A DNA stretch of 42,106 nt from positions 1-42,106 of IMG/VR virus record IMGVR_UViG_3300021431_000203; one strand, given 5' to 3'. The translations under genes and the position numbers were made by a program. Source of the DNA: a virus. Positions 17,099-23,461 of the stretch are shown in pieces. Numbering within the stretch: the stretch's first letter is position 1; the number at the start of each line of letters is the position of its first letter. The notes under the pieces were generated by a model, which was given only the letters and a program-made list of their open reading frames with translations, did not search any database and was not told the origin of the DNA.

Positions 17099-17301
17099 AG
17101 TTTTCCCTCCTCTTTCTTAAAAGTTTTCGGATTGTCAAGTTCTCTTTTAATAAGAACTAAATCTTTATAACTAAGAGGGTCGATAAAACCTTTTTCGTTT
17201 AATTTAACAATTGCCTCATAGTTGCTTGTTTTAATCTCATCGCCCTCGATGTAATTAACACCGTTGGCTGTGAAATCTTTTCTTGCAATTAATTTTTTCA
17301 T
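17095..17301 (-). CDS. Hypothetical protein (68 aa)
   Basis: Track ORF with an ATGA overlap with the major tail gene. Confidence 0.6.
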   Translation of the reverse strand: MKKLIARKDFTANGVNYIEGDEIKTSNYEAIVKLNEKGFIDPLSYKDLVLIKRELDNPKTFKKEEGKL

Positions 17302-17305
17302 AGGT

Positions 17306-17725
17306 TTACTCCTCTCTATATGTTATTTGTATCTGAATATCAAATGTCGCCTCTGTACCGTTAACATTGTTAATAGTTCCACAGTTTAAACATTCAATAC
17401 TTTCTATACCATCTATACTAGGCAAAACGCCTTTTTTATTATTATCTTTGATAGCCTTTTCAAAATCTTCAAAGAACCCTATGTTATTTAAGTTATTAAT
17501 AGTGTCTTTTGAATAAAACTTACGACTTCTAAACGAGTACACGTCCCTATGAATTTCTACTCCTATAACCCACTTTTGGACTGTGCTTGCAGTAGGTATT
17601 TTGTCAAGTGAGAAATCCCCAACTTTTCCTAGAAAATCGGCATTGATTTGATAATTCCTATCTTCTATTAAAGTATTAATAACCTCGAATAAATAATCTC
17701 TTAATTTAGTAATTCTATAATCCAT
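17306..17725 (-). CDS. Neck / tail-completion protein (by position)
   Basis: Assigned by synteny in the head-tail connector block. Confidence 0.5.
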   Translation of the reverse strand: MDYRITKLRDYLFEVINTLIEDRNYQINADFLGKVGDFSLDKIPTASTVQKWVIGVEIHRDVYSFRSRKFYSKDTINNLNNIGFFEDFEKAIKDNNKKGVLPSIDGIESIECLNCGTINNVNGTEATFDIQIQITYREE

Positions 17726-18099
17726 TATTTGCCTCCACGATTAACATATTTTTGGACACGTTCTACTATGTCTTGACCTTTGGCAGTCCACATACGTTTA
17801 TCCCAATAAGTCGTAGCGTCTGCGTGTTTATCAGTATGAATATTAATTTGTTTACCGTTTCTTATTCCATAATAAACAACTTTTGCATATTCTTGTTCGT
17901 ATGTAATAGTATTTGCTGTAACATTTCTAGTTGGTTGTCCACCTTGTATAACTGTTTCAGCCAAATCACCATTATCAAACGGAACAAATCTATCCATTTC
18001 TTTTGCACATTCGTTTGTAAAGAACTTTTGTACTCGCCCATTCGGTTCAATTCCCAAATTGGCTTTTATAACACTAACAGGTTGCATTTTAACAGGCAT
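17725..18099 (-). CDS. Head-tail joining protein (HK97 gp10 / minor-capsid-like, by position)
   Basis: Assigned by synteny. MPVKMQPVSVIKANLGIEPNGRVQKFFTNECAKEMDRFVPFDNGDL. Confidence 0.5.
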   Translation of the reverse strand: MPVKMQPVSVIKANLGIEPNGRVQKFFTNECAKEMDRFVPFDNGDLAETVIQGGQPTRNVTANTITYEQEYAKVVYYGIRNGKQINIHTDKHADATTYWDKRMWTAKGQDIVERVQKYVNRGGK

Positions 18100-18100
18100 A

Positions 18101-18451
18101 TTACTTGCCTCCTATATGAATATGTTTACTATTTCCAAAATTATTATTTTTAATACTTCTAATATTATAAACTTGATAATTTTTAAGGTCTTGTTGTGTC
18201 GCAATGTCTTGGGTAAGTTCGCCTTGTACTATAATGTCGCCTATCTTGAAATTGTTAATATCTAACTCGTTCAAATCATAAGGCAGTCTTATCTCAACAT
18301 CGTTGGCGTTATCATAACCCTTGTTTAGACTAGCACCTTTACCACCGAAGAACCATACATTATCATAGTTAAATCTTCGCCACTTTTCCAAGTGTGTCGC
18401 AACGTCTAATCCGTCTTGATGATAAATAGTCAACTTGCTATTACAAATCAT
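18101..18451 (-). CDS. Head closure / adaptor protein (by position)
   Basis: Assigned by synteny. Confidence 0.45.
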   Translation of the reverse strand: MICNSKLTIYHQDGLDVATHLEKWRRFNYDNVWFFGGKGASLNKGYDNANDVEIRLPYDLNELDINNFKIGDIIVQGELTQDIATQQDLKNYQVYNIRSIKNNNFGNSKHIHIGGK

Positions 18452-18858
18452 CTAACACCTGCATACATTATATGTTCGCCATTAACTATTACACCAACCA
18501 AGCACTCGTACATTATAGTATTCAATTCTTTATCTTTTGAACTTATAACATCACTTACTTTGTCGGAAGTTATATAACTTACACTATAACCATCGGTATT
18601 TTCACTAGCCACATTACCATTATTAGCAACATTGCTTAATGTTTCATCATAACTAGACATACTATTTATCATTTTAAACTCGCAAATCTTTACCTCTTGT
18701 GGTATATCTTTACTATCAATTCCTTTAAGTCTATTTTGAGTTCTTATATCAATTCTTCTTCTTGCTTCAAATTCTAATAGATTAAAAGGCGTTAGGTCTA
18801 AAGTGCCACCTAAAGCCCTATATTCTTCATAAGTTAGGTATTGTCCACTAAATTCCAT
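18448..18858 (-). CDS. Head-tail connector protein (gp6-like)
   Basis: First gene after the major capsid gene. The N-terminus is YLTYEEYRALGGTLDLTPFNLLEFEARRRID. Confidence 0.55.
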   Translation of the reverse strand: MEFSGQYLTYEEYRALGGTLDLTPFNLLEFEARRRIDIRTQNRLKGIDSKDIPQEVKICEFKMINSMSSYDETLSNVANNGNVASENTDGYSVSYITSDKVSDVISSKDKELNTIMYECLVGVIVNGEHIMYAGVR

Positions 18859-18874
18859 AAACGCCCTCCTTTAA

Positions 18875-19741
18875 TTATAAACTTACTGATTCTGCTGGGA
18901 ATTTTGCAACAACAACTTTTGATTCATCAGTTAAAGCAGCAACATAGTGTTCATCTGCACCGATTAGAGTTGTATAGTTATTTAATTCTCTTTGAGTTTC
19001 AATGTTTACATTTCTCTTCATGAAAATTGTAACGGCTGCAGTTTCATCTCCAGTTTGTGATTCTGCCTTTAATTCAACGATTGGATTTAAATATAAAGTT
19101 CCTTCGTCATTAATTGCTTTCTTACTTGGTACTATTCTAGTGTTAGCAATCATACCAATTTCACCACGCATAATAACATTGTTATTATATTTATCGTTTG
19201 AAATAAAGTTTTCATCTTTTCTTAATTCTGATACTTGATGTGGGTGAATAAACATTACTTTTTCAACGTTTTCTTCTTCCTCTAATACATCAATAGCATC
19301 AACAACGTTATTATAAGAAATACCAGTTTCAAAAGTTTTTCCTAATTGAGCACCTTTTAAAGCGTCCATAACGTCATTATCAACTTTACTAGCGATTGCT
19401 TTTGCAAGTTGTGAGTTAGTTTCTCCTACTGGATTACCATAACCACTTAATACAGCCTCGTCAGTTAATTCAACTTGTTTAACTGCCTTTTTAATAGTAT
19501 ATGGTTCACTTGTAGTTTCAAGTTTAGTTTTATCAGCATTTACGCCTTCTGCTAAATCTTCTGCATCTCCTATATACTTATATTTTGGTATTGTTATTGT
19601 ACTTCCCGGTCTTCCAACCAAAGTATTGTCAATCTTTGCGAATGGTGTTGCAACGATTGCTTTTTCTAATTTTGCACTAATCATTGGTGCCATAACTTCA
19701 GGATCAATTAATTTGTTTAATGTTGTTGTTCCTGTTGCCAT
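18875..19741 (-). CDS. Major capsid protein
   Basis: A 288-aa ORF after the scaffold gene. MATGTTTLNKLIDPEVMAPMISAKLEKAI...GRPGSTITIPKY is typical of Firmicute siphovirus major capsid proteins. Confidence 0.8.
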   Translation of the reverse strand: MATGTTTLNKLIDPEVMAPMISAKLEKAIVATPFAKIDNTLVGRPGSTITIPKYKYIGDAEDLAEGVNADKTKLETTSEPYTIKKAVKQVELTDEAVLSGYGNPVGETNSQLAKAIASKVDNDVMDALKGAQLGKTFETGISYNNVVDAIDVLEEEENVEKVMFIHPHQVSELRKDENFISNDKYNNNVIMRGEIGMIANTRIVPSKKAINDEGTLYLNPIVELKAESQTGDETAAVTIFMKRNVNIETQRELNNYTTLIGADEHYVAALTDESKVVVAKFPAESVSL

Positions 19742-19761
19742 TTAAAATCATCTCTCTTTCA

Positions 19762-20379
19762 TTAATTATTATATTTGTTAAATAACTCTGGATTAGATGC
19801 TTTTAATTCTATTCTTTCTTTGTAACCCATTTTGTCGAAGTCTGCCTTTGATACAACATTTTCAACTGTTTCATCAACACTTGGCATATCTACAACTTTG
19901 TTAGGGTTTTCAAATATTCCATCTTTTCCGTTTGTTATTTCCTCGAATAAATCTTTTGCAGATTTACCCATATTTGCACTATCTTTAAGTGCTGTTTTGA
20001 TTTCGTTCATAATTGCATTTTTTGTAAAATCATTTACGAACTTCTTATCACCAAATACAGAAGTTATATTTTTTGTTAAAATGTCGTCTTCTTCTTTGGC
20101 TTTTTGTTTTGCAGTTCTATCAGCCTCTTTTTGCTCATATTCTGCTATTTTTGTTTTAAGACTTTCCATTTCATCAGATTTAGGAGCATTTTCAATTTGC
20201 GATTTTAAATCAGCAATTGTAGTCTTATTATCTTCTAATTGGCTTTTGTACTCATTGTCAATTTTTTCTTTTTCTATTTTAAGATAATCTCCATGTTTAC
20301 CAAGAATACTTTTTACTTCTTCTTTAGTTAACTTAACTTTCCCTTCTCCTATTTCTAAACTTTCTAAAAAATCTTTCAT
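19762..20379 (-). CDS. Capsid scaffolding protein (GP20-like)
   Basis: ATG 20379 after AAAGGAGG; the track uses an upstream TTG. It is an acidic coiled-coil protein directly upstream of the major capsid gene. Confidence 0.75.
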   Translation of the reverse strand: MKDFLESLEIGEGKVKLTKEEVKSILGKHGDYLKIEKEKIDNEYKSQLEDNKTTIADLKSQIENAPKSDEMESLKTKIAEYEQKEADRTAKQKAKEEDDILTKNITSVFGDKKFVNDFTKNAIMNEIKTALKDSANMGKSAKDLFEEITNGKDGIFENPNKVVDMPSVDETVENVVSKADFDKMGYKERIELKASNPELFNKYNN

Positions 20380-20464
20380 AATATTTCCTCCTTTAGATTT
20401 TTTCAAGTGGTCAACTCCACCATAAAGATTTAATATCGGAGTTCTCTTCCGAACTCTTAACTAA

Positions 20465-20492
20465 ATTATAGCACAGTTTTAAAAAAACACAA
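20465..20492 (-). promoter_or_regulatory. Sigma-A-type promoter with extended -10
   Basis: Minus strand reads TTGTGT, a 16-nt spacer, then TGCTATAAT. A structured leader of about 60 nt follows. Confidence 0.6.
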
Positions 20493-20502
20493 AATCGCAT
20501 AA

Positions 20503-20526
20503 TAAAAAGCAAGATTATTTCTTGCT
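20503..20526 (-). terminator. Rho-independent terminator
   Basis: Minus strand reads AGCAAGA-AATAA-TCTTGCT, then TTTTTATT. The stop codon of the glycosyltransferase gene lies in the loop. Confidence 0.75.
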
Positions 20527-21720
20527 AGTTTTCTTTTTAGTTGTCTTTTTTGGTTTTTCTTCTAATTCTACTGTTTCTTTTGCACTTTCTTGTATTTTTT
20601 CTATTGTTTTGTCAACATTTTTAATTTTTGGTATTTCTTCTTTAAATATTCTTAATATTTCAACACCACCATTTTCTTTTAAGTATTCTGCTCTTTCAAC
20701 TGAACAAATCCATGTAGAATTTAATTCACGCCATTCTCTATTATTTTCTATATCTTGAAATCTTTTAATTGCTTTTACTTCTGCTTTCATTTTTAAATCC
20801 TCCTCATAATGTGATTTAGTTTTATCTAATAAATTGTCATATCCATCTTCTATATGTTTAAATGTAAATTTTAAAGGCGTTTTCATTTTTAATGCTATTT
20901 CGTCTGCATTTGAATTATCTATATTATAAAATAAAGCATTTTCATTATCTTTTATTCCTATTTCTTTAAAATATGGCAATTCACATACAACAATTGGTGT
21001 GCCTCTATATAATGCTTCTTTTAATGAATAACTATCTCCTTCACATGAAGAAAGTTGAACATACCAATCTGCTTTTTCCATAAATTGTCCTAATTCTAAT
21101 CTGTTTTTCACATGCACTATGTTTTTATTATTCCATATTGCATTATTTTTGTATTCATCAGTTGTGAATATATACCATATAAACTTTATTCCTTGTCTTT
21201 CCAACGCTTCTGCTAGTTTTAAATGTCTTCCATTGTCTTTTATTTTAGTTAATCTTGTTGCACTTATTAAAGTAAGCATTGGTTCTTCTTCTTCAATTGT
21301 TAATGGATTTCTACATAGTATTGTTCTATCAATTCCTGTTATTTCTTCAAAGTTCTTTTTACTTATATCTGTAATACCTATATATGTTATATCTGGTCTA
21401 TCTTTCGGAAGCCCTAATCTTTCAGTTGAATCCTTATAATCAGTATGCAAAACTGTATATTTTTTTGCGTCTTCATTTACATAATCATAAATAGATGTAT
21501 CCCAATTCGTAATAATAACATTACACTTTATTTGTTGTTGTTTATGTATATAAACTCTACAATACTTTTGTAGTCTTTTCTTTTGTTCTGGTGCAACATC
21601 TTTGCATACAACTGCAATATCATAATTTTTATACTTTTTTGCAAGTTCATAAACAAACGTTTCAACACCACCTATTGCATGTATATTTCTAACATAAAAT
21701 ATGTTTGCATGTTCAATCAT
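20515..21720 (-). CDS. GT-B fold glycosyltransferase (GT4 / Glycos_transf_1-like) with a C-terminal extension and Lys-rich tail
   Basis: N-terminus IHAIGGVETFVYELAKKY. The E-x7-E motif is SSCEGDSYSLKEALYRGTPIVV. The C-terminus is EEKPKKTTKKKTSKK. Confidence 0.7.
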   Translation of the reverse strand: MIEHANIFYVRNIHAIGGVETFVYELAKKYKNYDIAVVCKDVAPEQKKRLQKYCRVYIHKQQQIKCNVIITNWDTSIYDYVNEDAKKYTVLHTDYKDSTERLGLPKDRPDITYIGITDISKKNFEEITGIDRTILCRNPLTIEEEEPMLTLISATRLTKIKDNGRHLKLAEALERQGIKFIWYIFTTDEYKNNAIWNNKNIVHVKNRLELGQFMEKADWYVQLSSCEGDSYSLKEALYRGTPIVVCELPYFKEIGIKDNENALFYNIDNSNADEIALKMKTPLKFTFKHIEDGYDNLLDKTKSHYEEDLKMKAEVKAIKRFQDIENNREWRELNSTWICSVERAEYLKENGGVEILRIFKEEIPKIKNVDKTIEKIQESAKETVELEEKPKKTTKKKTSKK

Positions 21721-21736
21721 CTAATCACCTAAAATA

Positions 21737-21765
21737 ATTATATCACAAAAAGAAAAGACTGTAAA
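21737..21765 (-). promoter_or_regulatory. Sigma-A-type promoter with extended -10, overlapping the upstream terminator
   Basis: Minus strand reads TTTACA, a 17-nt spacer, then TGATATAAT. Confidence 0.6.
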
Positions 21766-21774
21766 ATTACAGTC
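21747..21774 (-). terminator. Rho-independent terminator
   Basis: Minus strand reads GACTGTA-ATTT-TACAGTC, then TTTTCTTTTT. Confidence 0.75.
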
Positions 21775-22130
21775 TATTGTATCTTCCAAGCACAACGCAT
21801 AATTCTATTACTTGGATTAAATGTGTCTATTATATCGCCACCAATAATAGCAGTAATATGTCCGTCCATTGTTACGGCATACCTTCCGTATGGGTGTTCT
21901 TGTGCAAACTCGCCCACGGTCTTTGAATAATGACACTCTCTAGGGTATCGGTCGTCCAAATAATCCTCGACAAACTCCACCCTATCAAACATCATACTAA
22001 CATCACCCGCTAAATCCGTAAGTTCATCGTACATATCACGCCAACTTTTACCAGTTAATACAGACAAACTACGGATAACGCAGTCTGATATATCCCTATT
22101 ATGTGGGTTTTGATTATGATAAACAAACAT
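21774..22130 (-). CDS. Small putative papain-like (Cys/His) hydrolase, GC-rich relative to neighbours
   Basis: NQNPHNRDISDCVIRSLSVL (Gln plus Cys) and TMDGHITAIIGGDIIDTF (His plus Asp) suggest a C-H-D arrangement. My hand GC counts on two 60-nt lines gave 43% and 48%, against about 22% in the adjacent glycosyltransferase gene. Confidence 0.45.
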   Translation of the reverse strand: MFVYHNQNPHNRDISDCVIRSLSVLTGKSWRDMYDELTDLAGDVSMMFDRVEFVEDYLDDRYPRECHYSKTVGEFAQEHPYGRYAVTMDGHITAIIGGDIIDTFNPSNRIMRCAWKIQ

Positions 22131-22131
22131 A

Positions 22132-22605
22132 TTATCTCATACTATTTTGTAATGATTGCATTAACTGTTGTTTTTGTTGTGGCGTTTCAGCCTCTTCTTT
22201 TAACACCATGATGAAGTCTTCAAGTGCTTTTACCATATAGTGGAAACTCTTATCGGTTTCTTCACCTGCACCGTATCTATTACGTGATTCCATATAACGA
22301 CCATAATCATCATACATTCTATCTAAATGCTCGTGTCCTCTATATTTCATATCATAACCACGTCTTCCATAATTACCTCTGTCGTAGTCTCCATAGTTAT
22401 CACGTCCATAACTATCATATCCAGCACGTCTTCCACGTCCATAATTTCCATATTCTCCGTACATTTCTTTATCCTCCTTTGCCATGTGTTTTATTTTACT
22501 TAATTTATATAAGTGGTCTAGGTTGTTTGTGTTTATATCTTCATCAAGTATGTGTTTAATCTTCTCATCGACCTTTTCTATTACTTTGTCTTCCAAATTA
22601 CTCAC
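22132..22605 (-). CDS. Tyr/Gly/Arg-rich low-complexity protein
   Basis: Central segment MYGEYGNYGRGRRAGYDSYGRDNYGDYDRGNYGRRGYDMKYRGHEHLDRMYDDYGRYMESRNRYG. The start is uncertain: GTG 22605 or TTG 22596 after AAGGAG. Confidence 0.65.
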   Translation of the reverse strand: MSNLEDKVIEKVDEKIKHILDEDINTNNLDHLYKLSKIKHMAKEDKEMYGEYGNYGRGRRAGYDSYGRDNYGDYDRGNYGRRGYDMKYRGHEHLDRMYDDYGRYMESRNRYGAGEETDKSFHYMVKALEDFIMVLKEEAETPQQKQQLMQSLQNSMR

Positions 22606-22780
22606 TCCTTTCTTTTAAGAGTTTTAATATTTCTTCTTGGTTTTTAATAATTTTTTCAAAATACTGTGTATCTTGCTTTTGTAATTCTTGCATTAAATCA
22701 GTATTGTTAAAGTCTTTAAACAGTATTTCTAAACTTAATATTTGTAATATTAATGATGATATATCTAAATTATTCTTCAT
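22598..22780 (-). CDS. Hypothetical protein (60 aa)
   Basis: Track ORF, TAATG-coupled to the upstream gene. Confidence 0.6.
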   Translation of the reverse strand: MKNNLDISSLILQILSLEILFKDFNNTDLMQELQKQDTQYFEKIIKNQEEILKLLKERSE

Positions 22781-23253
22781 TATCTATTAAGCCTACTTAT
22801 ACTAAATGTAGCATTAGTTATAATTGCCTGTGTAGTTGCTATTGGTGTTGTAGGTGTAGTTGGTGTTGGTACGCTTGGAACTGATTGAACTGATATATTA
22901 GTTGTTCCACGTGGGCAAACTCTTAATTTCTTATCAAATGAAACAGTTTCATAATCATCGGCTGCTGCAATTGTTACGGCTCTAACTGTGTCAGGTATTA
23001 ACACTCCATCTTGGAACAAACCTATTGCCACAACCCCCGGAGTTGCTGTACTTACCGAAGCACTAAACTCTACATCATAATAGCCTGTGTATCCGTTTCC
23101 AAATATTTTAAAGTTAGGATTGCCGTTTGAATAATCTAACCAACCATTGCAACTACAAGAAGCACATCTTGTTCTAATGTCAGTTTCATCAAAAGTTATA
23201 GGACTTGCATTACTTGGCAATGCTAATGGTTCATTTATAATTGTTTCTATCAT
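22780..23253 (-). CDS. Beta-sandwich protein resembling BclA C-terminal / C1q-TNF-like domains, with a Thr/Pro-rich segment (157 aa, trimmed start)
   Basis: ATG 23253 after AAAGGAGA. The pattern FKIFGNGYTGYYDVEFSASVSTATPGVVAIGLFQDGVLIPDT...NISVQSV...ATFSISRL resembles C1q/BclA-CTD strands. Also present are VPSVPTPTTPTTPIATT and a CASCSC motif. Confidence 0.45.
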   Translation of the reverse strand: MIETIINEPLALPSNASPITFDETDIRTRCASCSCNGWLDYSNGNPNFKIFGNGYTGYYDVEFSASVSTATPGVVAIGLFQDGVLIPDTVRAVTIAAADDYETVSFDKKLRVCPRGTTNISVQSVPSVPTPTTPTTPIATTQAIITNATFSISRLNR

Positions 23254-23276
23254 ATTATTTCTCCTTTCAATAAATT

Positions 23277-23303
23277 TGCACAATATAACACGAATTTTGT
23301 GCA
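23277..23303 (-). promoter_or_regulatory. Inverted repeat enclosing an extended -10 (candidate operator/promoter)
   Basis: Minus strand reads TGCACAA-N13-TTGTGCA, and the N13 contains TGTTATATT. It lies upstream of the C1q-like gene. Confidence 0.45.
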
Positions 23304-23350
23304 TTTTTCATTCTATATAAGTCTATAAAACCAATTATTGTACATTTTTG

Positions 23351-23388
23351 TTTTATAAAATAAAGAGAATAGAACTATGCCTATTCTC
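23351..23388 (-). terminator. Rho-independent terminator
   Basis: Minus strand reads GAGAATAG-8 nt-CTATTCTC, then TTTATTTTAT. Confidence 0.7.
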
Positions 23389-23414
23389 CGTTAAGTACCG
23401 TTAAGTACCGTTAA
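23388..23414. repeat. 10-bp tandem repeat (ccgttaagta x2.7)
   Basis: ccgttaagta at 23388-23397 and 23398-23407, then ccgttaa at 23408-23414. It lies in the 3' UTR between the stop at 23462 and the terminator. Confidence 0.9.
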
Positions 23415-23425
23415 ATTAGCAAGTT

Positions 23426-23452
23426 CTCGTAATCGAGCGTGTCGTAATCGAC
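23426..23452. repeat. Pair of near-identical mini-hairpin motifs
   Basis: ctcgtaatcgag at 23426-23437 and gtcgtaatcgac at 23441-23452. Each has a 4-bp stem around taat and both share the core tcgtaatcga. Confidence 0.85.
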
Positions 23453-23461
23453 TATATGCTA

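Noticed and set aside
19833-19839. Spo0A-box matches (TGTCGAA at 19833-19839; TTCGACA at 26538-26544) as targets of the phage Spo0A-C-like protein.
   Set aside because: My manual scan, which may be incomplete, found only two. Both lie inside coding sequence, far from promoters, at about the frequency expected by chance. They are not evidence for regulation.
22780-23304. Long N-terminal extensions given by the track for several ORFs, including 23304, 24397, 25103, 26952, 7068, 20406, 2718, 2279, 28813, 37042 and 40593.
   Set aside because: These begin at upstream TTG, GTG or ATG codons that lack an RBS, or that lie inside promoters or upstream genes. Internal ATG codons with canonical GGAGG-type RBS at 5-9 nt fit better, so I trimmed the starts. 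They remain unverified.
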